A stretch of DNA of 64,000 nt from Candidatus Kaelpia imicola (lineage in GTDB: Bacteria > Omnitrophota > Gorgyraeia > Kaelpiales > Kaelpiaceae): positions 5,686-69,685 of the forward strand of contig JAVCCL010000043.1 of assembly GCA_030765505.1 (NCBI GenBank), in the 5' to 3' direction. How positions within the stretch are numbered: the stretch's first letter is position 1; the number at the start of each line of letters is the position of its first letter. The position numbers were made by a program, and so were the translations under genes. Of the stretch, positions 26,912 through 36,763 are shown in pieces. The notes under the pieces are model-generated. The model saw only the letters and a list, made by a program, of their open reading frames with translations, did not search any database and was not told the origin of the DNA.

Positions 26912-27883
26912 ATGCAGGAGTTAATAAAAAAAGCCTCATTAAACCCAGGCAGGATTATATTTCCGGAAGGAGATGATTTCAGAATCAGAGAAGCTGTAAG
27001 AGAGATAGAGCAGAGGAAGATTGCCCGGCCTATCATCTTTATTGAGCAGGATAATGCCGATGATCTAGAGGGGATTGATATTGTAAATCCTAAAGATAAA
27101 GGAATGATTGAAAAATATGTAGATATCTATAGTGATTTGAGAAAAAATAAAAATATAGCTAAGGATAAAATAAAAAATCTCTTAGAGTCCAACTCTGTTT
27201 TTATTGCCGCTTTAATGGTGAGAGAAGGTTTAGCCGACGCTGTGATAGCGGGGGCAGCCTATACCACAAAAGATGTAGCAAGGGCGGTTATCCACTGTAT
27301 AGGTGTTAGAGATGGTAGTTTTGTGTCGAGCTGTTTTTTAATGGATACCGGAATTGAAGAGTTTGGTTATAAAGGCAAGTTTATATTTGCAGATTGCGGA
27401 ATTATTTTTTCACCTGACTTTAAGCAGCTTGCCGATATTGCTATTAACTCCGGAGACCTTTTTAAGTCTCTCTTTAAGAAAGAGCCTTATATAGCTTTTT
27501 TAAGTTATTCCAGTCATGGCAGTGCTTCTGGTGAAAGCATAGAAAAGATAAGAGCTGCAGTTAGTCTGGTTAAAAAGAGGAGGCCGGATTTAAATGTTGA
27601 CGGTGAGATGCAGGGTGATGCTGCCATAGTAAAAGCTGTTGCAGATATAAAATGTTCTGATTCTCCGGTAGCAGGACATGCAAATGTCTTAATATTCCCC
27701 GACTTAAATAGCGGTAATATATGCTATAAGCTGGTTGACAGATTGACATCTGCGAATGCTCTGGGTCCAATATTCCTGGGAACCAGATATCCCTGCAGTG
27801 ATCTCTCTAGAGGCTGCGAGGCAGAAGAGATAGTACTTGATGCTGCTGTTATTTCAATAATGGCTCAACTGAATAAGCAATAG
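26912..27883 (+). CDS. pta: Phosphate acetyltransferase (short form)
   Basis: FPEG, FADCG, LSYSSHGS, DGEMQGDAA, FPDLNSGNICYKL and DLSRGC. Confidence 0.92.
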   Translation: MQELIKKASLNPGRIIFPEGDDFRIREAVREIEQRKIARPIIFIEQDNADDLEGIDIVNPKDKGMIEKYVDIYSDLRKNKNIAKDKIKNLLESNSVFIAALMVREGLADAVIAGAAYTTKDVARAVIHCIGVRDGSFVSSCFLMDTGIEEFGYKGKFIFADCGIIFSPDFKQLADIAINSGDLFKSLFKKEPYIAFLSYSSHGSASGESIEKIRAAVSLVKKRRPDLNVDGEMQGDAAIVKAVADIKCSDSPVAGHANVLIFPDLNSGNICYKLVDRLTSANALGPIFLGTRYPCSDLSRGCEAEEIVLDAAVISIMAQLNKQ

Positions 27884-28996
27884 ATGTGGTTCTTAACGAT
27901 TAACTCAGGAAGTTCTTCCATTAAATATAGTCTCTTTAAGGTGAATAAGAGGTTGTCTCTGGCCGAAAAAGGAGTTGTTGAAAAGATTGGCGAAGAACAG
28001 TCTTTTTTTAAGACCGGGAGCAGAGTGCTGCGGTTAAGTATACCTGATCACCATAAAGCCATAGATCTTATTTTAGATGCAATAAAGAGAGAGATAAAAG
28101 ATATATCTTCTTTGGCAGGAATTGGCCATAGAGTGGTCCATGGGGGTGAGAAGTTCAAAGAGTCTGTTGTTATAGATAGCGAGGTTTTAAACTATATTAA
28201 GAAATGCAGCCACTTAGCCCCGCTGCATAATCCTCCGGCGGTATTATCTATTGAGGCATCTGTAAAACTGCTGAAGAGTATTCCTCAGATTGCTGTTTTC
28301 GATACGGCCTTTCACCATACTATTCCCGACTATGCTTATAACTATGCCATCCCTTATAAATTCTATCGGCAATATAAGATAAGAAGATATGGTTTTCACG
28401 GTACCAGTCATCACTATATAGCATTGGAAGCAGCCAAGGTTTTAAATAAAAAATTAAAAGATACTAAGATTATAAGCTGTCATCTCGGTAATGGCTGCAG
28501 TATTACAGCTATCAACGGCGGGCGGTCAATTGATACAAGCATGGGTTTTACTCCCCTAGAAGGTCTTGTTATGGGTACAAGGTCAGGGGATATAGATCCG
28601 GCCATTGTATTGTTTTTAGAAGAGAGAGGGTTTAATTATACCGAGATAGATAAAATCTTAAACAGAGAGAGCGGGCTCCTGGGAATCTCCGGTCTAAGCA
28701 ATGATATGAGGGCTATTGAGAGAGCAATGCTTAACAAAAATAAGCGGGCCCATCTTGCTTACAATATCTTTCTCTACAGGCTTATTAAGTATATATCTTC
28801 CTATATTGGTATCTTAGAAGGTGTTGATGCAGTTATTCTTACAGGCGGGATAGGGGAGAATCAGGTAAGATTAAAGAGGGATATAAAGAAGAGGCTTAAA
28901 TCCATTCTGGATAAATTTGATGCAAGGGTTCTTGTTATACCTACAGATGAGGAGCTTATGATTGCCAGAGAGGGTTTGAGATTATTAAAAAGATGA
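27884..28996 (+). CDS. ackA: Acetate kinase
   Basis: INSGSSSIK, GHRVVHGG, APLHNP, FDTAFH, RRYGFHGTSH, HLGNG, TGGIGEN and TDEELMIA. Confidence 0.96.
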   Translation: MWFLTINSGSSSIKYSLFKVNKRLSLAEKGVVEKIGEEQSFFKTGSRVLRLSIPDHHKAIDLILDAIKREIKDISSLAGIGHRVVHGGEKFKESVVIDSEVLNYIKKCSHLAPLHNPPAVLSIEASVKLLKSIPQIAVFDTAFHHTIPDYAYNYAIPYKFYRQYKIRRYGFHGTSHHYIALEAAKVLNKKLKDTKIISCHLGNGCSITAINGGRSIDTSMGFTPLEGLVMGTRSGDIDPAIVLFLEERGFNYTEIDKILNRESGLLGISGLSNDMRAIERAMLNKNKRAHLAYNIFLYRLIKYISSYIGILEGVDAVILTGGIGENQVRLKRDIKKRLKSILDKFDARVLVIPTDEELMIAREGLRLLKR

Positions 28997-29436
28997 TAGA
29001 TGCTTTAATAATAAACATTAAGAATATTCCTCCGGAGGGTCTGGAAAGAGTTCTGGAGTTTGACCCTAAAGATCTGGATTTAAAGATAGAGGACCCGGCT
29101 GAAACTGCAGTTGCCTTTGAAGGTCTTTTGAAATTAGATATCAGTATTGAAATAGCGGCTAGTGAGCTTATAATTAGGTCCAGAATGGAGTATACCTTAA
29201 AGCTTATCTGCAGCAGGTGTTTGTACGAGTTTAAACTTCCCTTTGATAAAAATTGTATTTTGAACTATAATATTCAGAATTCTGACTCTATTGATATTAG
29301 TGATGGTATTAGGGAGGAGGTAATATTAAGCTATCCTCAGAAGCCGCTCTGCAGGGAGGATTGTGCTGGGGTATGTTTAACTTGCAAGGTGAATTTAAAT
29401 AAGGAAGAGTGTAAGTGCAGAATGGCAGAAAGTTGA
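28993..29436 (+). CDS. yceD: YceD/DUF177 protein
   Basis: CSRCL and P.KPLCREDCAGVCLTC.VNLN; located directly before rpmF. Confidence 0.85.
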   Translation: MIDALIINIKNIPPEGLERVLEFDPKDLDLKIEDPAETAVAFEGLLKLDISIEIAASELIIRSRMEYTLKLICSRCLYEFKLPFDKNCILNYNIQNSDSIDISDGIREEVILSYPQKPLCREDCAGVCLTCKVNLNKEECKCRMAES

Positions 29437-29459
29437 TAATTTTTAAATGGAGGTTTTAG

Positions 29460-29642
29460 ATGGCTAATCCGAAAAGGAGACATTCCAATGCGCGGTCTCA
29501 AAAAAGGCGTACCCACTGGAAGATAAAAGAGCCTTCAGTGTCGCTCTGCCCGGAATGCAAGGAGCCCAAGCCGATGCATAGGATCTGCCCGCATTGCGGT
29601 TTCTATAAAGGCAGGAGAGTAGTAGCAAAAGATGAAAGTTAG
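29460..29642 (+). CDS. rpmF: 50S ribosomal protein L32 (Zn-binding form)
   Basis: MANPKRRHS...CPEC...HRICPHCGFYKG. Confidence 0.96.
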   Translation: MANPKRRHSNARSQKRRTHWKIKEPSVSLCPECKEPKPMHRICPHCGFYKGRRVVAKDES

Positions 29643-30618
29643 GATTGCAATAGATGCAATGGGGGGAGATTTTGCCCCCGCAGTCTGCGTTCAGGGTGCT
29701 CAGTTGGCTTTGAGAGAGATATCTGACATAGAGATATACCTCGTTGGCCGGTCTTCCGAGATCTCTCCTCTTATTAAAGGAAGAGAGGGTATTCATATTA
29801 TTGATGCCAAAGAGGTTATAGCTATGGATGAAGCCCCTGCGCTTAGCGTGAGGAGAAAGAAGGACTCTTCTATAAATAAAGCCATCAAGATGCTTAAGGA
29901 GAGAGAAGCAGATGTCTTTATAAGTGCAGGTAATACAGGGGCCGTTGTCTGCGCAGCGACTATGATTTTACGCACCCTACCAAAAGTTGAGAGACCAGGT
30001 ATTGCAATAATGTTTCCAACCGTTAAAGGGTTTTCATTGATGATAGATGTGGGAGCCAATATCGATCCCAAGCCGTTACATCTTTTTCAGTATGGTCTTA
30101 TGGGGGCAGCTTACGCTGAACTGATATTAGATAAACAGAATCCCAGCCTAGGTCTGCTCAATATTGGAGAAGAAGAGTCTAAAGGTACTGAGTTTATGAA
30201 GAGCGTAAATACTCTTCTTAAGGAAGGCGCTTCTAATTACATAGGTAATATAGAAGGCAGGGATATATTTTTCGGTAAGTGCGATGTTATAATAGCAGAC
30301 GGGTTTGTAGGTAATGTTGCTTTAAAGGTCTCTGAGTCTGTTGCCATGGCTATTGCAGAGTTGTTGAAAGAGCGTATAAAGGAAGGGGTTTTGTCTAGAT
30401 TAGGTGCATTATTGATGCTGCCTGTTTTAAAGAGATTGAAACAGGATATGGATTATGCAGAGCATGGCGGTGCTCCGCTTTTAGGCATAGACGGTAATAT
30501 AATCATATGTCACGGCTCTTCTTCCAGTAAGGCTATAAAGAACTCTATTAAAGTTGCTAAAGAGATGGTTGAGCTGGGTTTAAGAGAGAAGATTAGAGAT
30601 AAAATAGTTTTAGTATAA
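29632..30618 (+). CDS. plsX: Phosphate acyltransferase
   Basis: IAIDAMGGDFAP, SAGNTGA, DVGAN, LLNIGEEESKG, DGFVGN and GGAPLLG. Confidence 0.96.
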   Translation: MKVRIAIDAMGGDFAPAVCVQGAQLALREISDIEIYLVGRSSEISPLIKGREGIHIIDAKEVIAMDEAPALSVRRKKDSSINKAIKMLKEREADVFISAGNTGAVVCAATMILRTLPKVERPGIAIMFPTVKGFSLMIDVGANIDPKPLHLFQYGLMGAAYAELILDKQNPSLGLLNIGEEESKGTEFMKSVNTLLKEGASNYIGNIEGRDIFFGKCDVIIADGFVGNVALKVSESVAMAIAELLKERIKEGVLSRLGALLMLPVLKRLKQDMDYAEHGGAPLLGIDGNIIICHGSSSSKAIKNSIKVAKEMVELGLREKIRDKIVLV

Positions 30619-30632
30619 GCAGAGGAGAGAAG

Positions 30633-31610
30633 ATGAATATAGGTATTGTTGGCTGGGGTTTTTATGTCCCGGATAGAGTGCTTAGTAACGCCGATCTGGA
30701 GAAGATGGTTGATACAACAGATGAGTGGATAACAACAAGGACCGGTATTAAGACAAGAAGGATTGCGGGAGATGATATGGCGGTCAGCGATATGAGCGCC
30801 AGAGCCGCAAGGCAAGCTATAGAGAGAGCAGGGCTCTCTCCGAAAGATATCGAACTTACCATAGTTGCCACCATCACTCCGGATATGTTTTTTCCTTCCA
30901 GCGCCTGTTTTGTACAGAAAGAGATTGGAGCAGAGAATGCGGCCTGTTTTGATATTAGTGCGGCCTGTTCAGGATTTATATATGCAATGGATGTTGCAAG
31001 GGGTTTGATATCTAGTTTAGGTTATAAGAATGCTCTGGTTATCGGAGCTGAGAAGTTATCAGCGATAGCTGATTGGGAGGATAGAAACACCTGTATCTTA
31101 TTTGGGGATGGAGCCGGGGCTGTTGTTTTATCGGAAGTAGAGAGCGGCGGGATTTTAAGCAGTTACCTGGGTGCGGATGGTACCAAAGACGAATTGCTCT
31201 ATCTTCCCGGAGGCGGGTCCAGAAATCCGTCAACACATAAGACAGTGGATCAGAGGCTGCATTACCTTAGGATGCGGGGAAATGAGCTGTTTAAAATTGC
31301 GGTTAAAATTATGGCTAACTCTGCAGAGGTGGCACTTAAAAGAGCGGGGCTGGAGAAAACAGATGTCAAGCAGCTTATTCCTCATCAGGCAAACTCCAGA
31401 ATAATATGGGCGACCGCTAAGATGCTTGGATTGAAAAAAGAACAGGTATTTGTCAATATAGATAGATACGGCAATATGTCTAGTGCTTCAGGTGCTGTTG
31501 CACTCTGTGAGGTTTTGGATTTAAAAAATATAAATAAAGATGATATACTGCTCTTGGTTGCGTTTGGCGGCGGTCTTACCTGGGGTGCGGCTGCAATCAA
31601 GGTTAGCTAG
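30633..31610 (+). CDS. fabH: 3-oxoacyl-ACP synthase III
   Basis: AACSGF, LFGDGAGA, PHQAN, GNMSSAS and FGGGLTWG. Confidence 0.96.
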   Translation: MNIGIVGWGFYVPDRVLSNADLEKMVDTTDEWITTRTGIKTRRIAGDDMAVSDMSARAARQAIERAGLSPKDIELTIVATITPDMFFPSSACFVQKEIGAENAACFDISAACSGFIYAMDVARGLISSLGYKNALVIGAEKLSAIADWEDRNTCILFGDGAGAVVLSEVESGGILSSYLGADGTKDELLYLPGGGSRNPSTHKTVDQRLHYLRMRGNELFKIAVKIMANSAEVALKRAGLEKTDVKQLIPHQANSRIIWATAKMLGLKKEQVFVNIDRYGNMSSASGAVALCEVLDLKNINKDDILLLVAFGGGLTWGAAAIKVS

Positions 31611-31620
31611 AGGTTAGATT

Positions 31621-32592
31621 ATGAAGTTAGGTTATATATTCCCTGGTCAGGGTTCTCAATATATAGGTATGGGACATGATCTCTATGAGCATTTTGATTT
31701 AGCTAAAGAGATGTTCCACGAAGCTAATAATATGCTGGGTTTTGACATTATGAGGCTCTGTTTTTTTGGTCCGATAGAGGAGCTTACGAAGACTAAAAAT
31801 TGTCAGCCGGCCGTATTTCTCGTATCTGTTGTAACTTTAAGGTGTTTAGAAGAGTATTTCTTTACCAAAGAGTCCGGGGGTCTGATAAAACCTGCTATTA
31901 CCGCCGGTCTGAGTCTTGGAGAGTATGCATCCTTGGTGGCTGCTTCTTCAATATCTTTTGAAGATGGATTGCTTCTTACTAGGAGAAGGGGAGAGTTTAT
32001 GGAAGAGGCTTCTAAAGAGAATGAAGGGCAGATGAGTGCTATTATCGGTCTGGATAGAGATATCTTGGAGGAGATAGCAGGGAATACAGGGGCTGAGATT
32101 GCAAATATCAACTCTCCCAACCAGATAGTTATAGCGGGAAGCCCCGGGGTTATCAAAAAAGCTGAAACTATGGCTTTGGATAGAGGCGCCAAGCGCGTTA
32201 TGAGGCTGAATGTTTCCGGAGCTTTTCATAGTTCTTTGATGGAGCCTGCAGCACGAAAACTTATGCTCTATTTGAAGGATCTGACTGTCTTAAAACCTGA
32301 GATTACAGTCTTAAGCAATGTAAACGCGTATTACTCTTTCTTTCCGCAGGAGATAAAAGCCAACCTCATAAATCAGGTCAACCGTACCACACTATGGCTG
32401 GACTGTGTTAAGGTTATGATAGATTCCGGTCTGACCAGTTTTTTGGAGATTGGCTGCGGTAAAAGATTGAAAGGTTTGTTGCGTAAGATAGATCCCAATC
32501 TGATAGTCTATAATATAGAGAACTATAACGATATTGAAAACCTTTATCAGGAGTTAATCTTAGAGGAGGTAAACCATGGGTATGCTGGATGA
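31621..32592 (+). CDS. fabD: Malonyl-CoA-ACP transacylase
   Basis: FPGQGSQ, GLSLGEY, ANINSP.Q and VSGAFHS. Confidence 0.95.
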   Translation: MKLGYIFPGQGSQYIGMGHDLYEHFDLAKEMFHEANNMLGFDIMRLCFFGPIEELTKTKNCQPAVFLVSVVTLRCLEEYFFTKESGGLIKPAITAGLSLGEYASLVAASSISFEDGLLLTRRRGEFMEEASKENEGQMSAIIGLDRDILEEIAGNTGAEIANINSPNQIVIAGSPGVIKKAETMALDRGAKRVMRLNVSGAFHSSLMEPAARKLMLYLKDLTVLKPEITVLSNVNAYYSFFPQEIKANLINQVNRTTLWLDCVKVMIDSGLTSFLEIGCGKRLKGLLRKIDPNLIVYNIENYNDIENLYQELILEEVNHGYAG

Positions 32593-33319
32593 CAGAGTTG
32601 CTTTAATAACAGGTGCCGGCAGAGGTATAGGAAAAAGAATAGCTTTAATATTTGCAGATCAGGGGGCGGATATAATCTGTCTGGATTTAGATAGAGAGAG
32701 TATTTTAAGTACAGTCTCTGAAGTTGAGTCTAGAGGCAGAGAGGCCCTGGGTCTGGTCTCTGATATCTCTAATATTAAGGAGGTTGAGGATGCTCTGGCC
32801 AGCTCTTTAGAGAAATTTGAGAAAATAGATATTCTTATAAATAATGCCGGTATTACAAGAGATAATCTTCTTCTCAGAATGAGTGAAGAGGATTGGGATA
32901 TTGTCTTAAAGGTTAATTTAAAAGGAGCTTTTAACTGCAGCAAAGTTATATCTAAACATATGATAAAGAATAGAGGCGGCAGGATAATAAATATAGCCTC
33001 TATTATAGGTATTGTTGGCAGCGCGGGGCAGGCCAACTATGCAGCTTCTAAAGGCGGCCTCATTGCTCTTACCAAGTCTCTGGCTAAAGAGTTTGCCTCA
33101 AGAAATATAAATGTAAATGCAATAGCGCCTGGTTTTATAAAGACTAAGATGACCGATGATTTAGGAGATGAAGTAAAGGCTAAGATGTTGGATGGTATTG
33201 CTCTTAAGAGGTTTGGGGAACCGGATGATGTTGCCAAGGCAGCACTCTTCTTAGCTTCAAATCTCTCTGGTTATATTACATCTCAGGTTATAGTGGTAGA
33301 CGGTGGTATGATATCCTAA
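32576..33319 (+). CDS. fabG: 3-oxoacyl-ACP reductase
   Basis: TGAGRGIG, NNAGITRD, YAASK and APGFI. Confidence 0.96.
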   Translation: MGMLDDRVALITGAGRGIGKRIALIFADQGADIICLDLDRESILSTVSEVESRGREALGLVSDISNIKEVEDALASSLEKFEKIDILINNAGITRDNLLLRMSEEDWDIVLKVNLKGAFNCSKVISKHMIKNRGGRIINIASIIGIVGSAGQANYAASKGGLIALTKSLAKEFASRNINVNAIAPGFIKTKMTDDLGDEVKAKMLDGIALKRFGEPDDVAKAALFLASNLSGYITSQVIVVDGGMIS

Positions 33320-33399
33320 TTTTATAAAATATTGACTAAATTGATTGAATATGATATATAGATTTAACCTTATTGTTAATAATTGAAAGGAGGAATGAT

Positions 33400-33645
33400 A
33401 TGGGAGTAGCAGAAAAAGTGAAGAAGATTATTTCAGAACAATTAAATGTTAAAGAGGATGAGATTACGGATAATGCCTCTTTTGTAGATGATTTAGGTGC
33501 TGATTCTCTCGATACAGTTGAGCTTGTAATGGCTTTTGAGGAAGAGTTTGGTATTGAAATACCGGATGAAGATGCTGAGAAGATTCGCATGGTATCAGAC
33601 GCTGTTAAGTACATAGGAGAGAAAGCAGGTAGTAAGGAGGAATAA
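33400..33645 (+). CDS. acpP: Acyl carrier protein
   Basis: [20 protein letters not shown]. Start is ATG 33400 after SD AGGAGG. Confidence 0.96.
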   Translation: MGVAEKVKKIISEQLNVKEDEITDNASFVDDLGADSLDTVELVMAFEEEFGIEIPDEDAEKIRMVSDAVKYIGEKAGSKEE

Positions 33646-33668
33646 TTTAGATAGTTTTTAAAGTGATG

Positions 33669-33695
33669 ATTATGCCGAGCGATGCTCGGCATAAT
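33669..33695 (+). terminator. Intergenic stem-loop between acpP and fabF (terminator or mRNA stabiliser)
   Basis: ATTATGCCGAGC-GAT-GCTCGGCATAAT, a perfect 12-bp stem with no strong T tract. Confidence 0.6.
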
Positions 33696-33706
33696 ATTAT
33701 AATGGT

Positions 33707-34945
33707 ATGAAAAGACGAGTTGTAGTCACAGGTTTAGGAGTTATCTCGCCTCTTGGTAATGAGGTGGAAGAGTTTTGGGCTGCTGTAACCAGCGGTAAAA
33801 ACGGGATCTCTTCCATAACTCAACTTGATGCAGCTGCTTTTACGTCACGTATTGCAGGAGAGGTGCGGGATTTTGATCCCAGTGAGTACATCTCGGGTAA
33901 AGCCCTGAGAAGGATGGAGCGTTTTACCCAGTTTGCAGTCTGTGCAGCTGGAAAAGCTTGGGGAGATTCAGGTCTTAATATCGAGAACATAGATGAACAT
34001 AAGGCCGGTGTTATCATAGGTTCTGGTATCGGAGCTCTCAGTTTGATAGAGGATCAGGTTACAGTATACAAGGAAAAAGGTGCTCGCAGGATAACACCTT
34101 TCCTTATTCCTCTAATGATAGTGAATATTGCTCCCGCTCAGGTTGCTATTGCTTTAGGGCTAAAAGGCCCCAACCACTGCGTTGTAACAGCTTGCGCTTC
34201 TGGAAGTCATTCTCTTGGAGGTGCTTTGAGGATGATTCAGAGTGGAGATGCTGATATCATGGTCTCAGGCGGTACAGAATCCTGCATTACACATCTTGGA
34301 TTAGGAGGGTTCTGTTCCCTTAAAGCGCTCTCAACTAGAAACGATGATCCTGCCCATGCATCCAGGCCGTTTGACAGAGAGAGGGATGGTTTTATTATGG
34401 GAGAAGGGGCAGGAATATTAGTTTTAGAAGAGTATCAGCATGCAAAGAAGCGCGGTGCTAATATCTATGCCGAATTTGTCGGTTACGGGGCAAGCTGTGA
34501 CGCCTATCACCAGACAGCTCCGAATCCTGAAGGAGAAGGTGCATACTATTCTATGAAGAAAGCCCTTGATGACGCCGAAGTTAATATCGGGGATCTGGAT
34601 TATATCAATGCTCATGGTACGTCTACCCAGCTTAATGATAAGATGGAGACTAAGGCCATAAAGAGATTACTTGGTGAAGATGCAGGTAATGTACCTGTAA
34701 GTTCGATTAAGTCTATGGTCGGTCATCTTCTTGGCGCTGCAGGAGGAGTTGAAGCAATCGCAGCCGTATTAGCCATAAGGGACGGTATCATACCTCCAAC
34801 TACCAACTATGAGTATCCTGATCCGGAGTGCGACTTAGACTATGTTCCCAATGAAGCCCGTAAAGCCGAATTAAATTTAGTCTTGTCTAACTCTCTGGGC
34901 TTTGGCGGTCATAATGCCTCTTTATTATTCAAGAAACTTAGCTAA
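33707..34945 (+). CDS. fabF: 3-oxoacyl-ACP synthase II
   Basis: RRVVVTGLG, TACASG, SRPFD..RDGF, INAHGTST, GHLLGAAG and SNSLGFGGHN. Confidence 0.97.
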   Translation: MKRRVVVTGLGVISPLGNEVEEFWAAVTSGKNGISSITQLDAAAFTSRIAGEVRDFDPSEYISGKALRRMERFTQFAVCAAGKAWGDSGLNIENIDEHKAGVIIGSGIGALSLIEDQVTVYKEKGARRITPFLIPLMIVNIAPAQVAIALGLKGPNHCVVTACASGSHSLGGALRMIQSGDADIMVSGGTESCITHLGLGGFCSLKALSTRNDDPAHASRPFDRERDGFIMGEGAGILVLEEYQHAKKRGANIYAEFVGYGASCDAYHQTAPNPEGEGAYYSMKKALDDAEVNIGDLDYINAHGTSTQLNDKMETKAIKRLLGEDAGNVPVSSIKSMVGHLLGAAGGVEAIAAVLAIRDGIIPPTTNYEYPDPECDLDYVPNEARKAELNLVLSNSLGFGGHNASLLFKKLS

Positions 34946-35188
34946 GGTAAGTATTTACCCCCAAAATTTAAATAATTCTTGACTCTTTTTTAGTCCTAAT
35001 ATATATTTTAGAATACGGCGGTTTTGGAGGCATGCAGTAGAGGGGTCGCGGGCTTTTTTTATTTTCTAGTCTATCTATTTTATCATAATTTAGAGAGTCT
35101 ATCTTCAATAGAACAGGATTAATTTATCACTTTTAAAAATATTTCAAAATATTGAAAAATATAGGTTTATATGGTATAAATCTGTTTA

Positions 35189-36136
35189 ATGAAGGTTGTA
35201 TATAACTTTATAATTTTATTTTTGGTAGTTATATCTTCTGTTTTCTCAGTATCTTATGCAGAGAATACCTATTGGCCTGATGGGACTCAATATTTAGATT
35301 ATGGTTCTGTTAAAACTTTTAGCTTATATGAAGTTAGCGATATAGGTAGTGATGATGTCTTGAATGTATACGACCATATAAACCGTTGGCTCCCTGATTC
35401 TGATAGCGAGATATTTAACGGATATTTAATGTTAAGGTTTGATGTTCCCTATAGAGGTGAATATTTTTATACTTTAAAACATGATGCTAATAATAGAATT
35501 GTGATGAATGGCTTGGATTTAGGAGTAAGTTATGATCTATTAACAGAATTGAACTATTTTGATAGACCTATATTTGTAACATATACCCCTGATTACCTTA
35601 GGGAGTCTTGGGACCTAAGCTCTATTACAGAACTTAGGTCAGCGGAGTCAGAGTTTGACGTCAGGGAATTTCTTGATTTTTCAATACCGAAAAGCCATCC
35701 TTTAGCTATTTGGGATGTTGCCTATGGTAATAGCACAAGAAATACTGATTTTGCTCCGGAGCTACCTTTCATTGTAGGCATGGGTGTTTTGTATGGATTA
35801 TCAGAAAATAATATTAAACTCTTAATTGCAATAAGGGTGCATGAGAACGGTCAGACCGGGAATGAGTTTGGAGTAAAAAAGGCAGTTGGTACCAACCTTC
35901 TTGAGCAGGCGCATTATGCATCTGGTACTGTAAGAAATAAATATTATGATTATTTAAGGCTGGCTAATCCCAATACTGATTTTATCGCTTATCTGGGTGC
36001 AATCTATGCTCCTACAACTTACGGTCTGCCTGAAGAAGAAAGGAAGGGGAATGAGAATTGGATTCCCGGAGTCAGAAGAATATATCAGTATCTCGAGCCT
36101 TATTCTTTAAGCAATCTATTGAGTTATTTGGATTAA
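35189..36136 (+). CDS. Secreted protein with a C-terminal lysozyme-like (glucosaminidase/transglycosylase-like) domain
   Basis: Signal peptide ending SYA. C-terminus LLIAIRVHENG..EFGV...YLGAIYAP...NENWIPGVRRIY resembles lysozyme-fold wall hydrolases, recognised from memory. Confidence 0.5.
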   Translation: MKVVYNFIILFLVVISSVFSVSYAENTYWPDGTQYLDYGSVKTFSLYEVSDIGSDDVLNVYDHINRWLPDSDSEIFNGYLMLRFDVPYRGEYFYTLKHDANNRIVMNGLDLGVSYDLLTELNYFDRPIFVTYTPDYLRESWDLSSITELRSAESEFDVREFLDFSIPKSHPLAIWDVAYGNSTRNTDFAPELPFIVGMGVLYGLSENNIKLLIAIRVHENGQTGNEFGVKKAVGTNLLEQAHYASGTVRNKYYDYLRLANPNTDFIAYLGAIYAPTTYGLPEEERKGNENWIPGVRRIYQYLEPYSLSNLLSYLD

Positions 36137-36222
36137 TAAAATCTTTTTAATAAAAACTTATTTAAAAGTTTGACAAAATAGTTATTATGTGGTTTATATT
36201 CTATTAGAGGAGAGGGCGTGAT

Positions 36223-36684
36223 ATGAAAAGAGAGAGAAATGTAAAAGGTAAGATTGTCCTTAATTTAAAAGATGTTAAGAAGAGAGAGATAAAGCTTCTG
36301 ACTTCAGGTGTTAGGGTTGTAGTTGAAAAAGATAAAGAATATGCAAGCTGTCCTAATTGCGGTGTTCTCTCAAATAAAGTCTATGAATATAGAAAGCAGC
36401 TTATCCTCGATAAACCTAATCAAGATAGAAAAGTTGAGATTGAGTTAAATAAGCGTAGGTTTGTCTGTGTTAATAATAAGTGTTTGATTAAAACATTTAC
36501 TGAAAATATAGAGGGTCTTGCATCTACAAGAAGGTATACCAGGGCATTTGAGAATTTCTTAAAAGATTTGGTATCCAGGAAAGGCTATCTTAAAGCGCAG
36601 AAATTATTACAGGATAAGTATTCACTCAATCTGAGCTTGACTACCCTGTTCTATCTTGATTACTCCGGCAGCAAGGAAAATTAA
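36223..36684 (+). mobile_element. ISL3-family transposase N-terminal part only (zinc finger + HTH, no DDE domain)
   Basis: CPNCG...YEYR.Q.I.D.P...V.I.L.KRRFVC...C..KTF.E...RRYT..F. No DDE continuation in any forward frame before the next gene, and no terminal inverted repeats recognised. Confidence 0.7.
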
Positions 36685-36763
36685 GAGCTGCCCGGGGTTC
36701 TAATATACAGCTAATATAATTTCCGCTTGACTATTAAGTTGATATAAAGTATATATTTTGGAT

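Noticed and set aside
31900-31930. FabD GLSLG instead of GHSLG
   Set aside because: The catalytic Ser is retained and this variant is common in FabD.
29464-34615. Numerous 60-130 aa antisense and alternate-frame ORFs over the fab genes (and similarly across the window)
   Set aside because: They are shadows of well-conserved genes, with no RBS or motifs.
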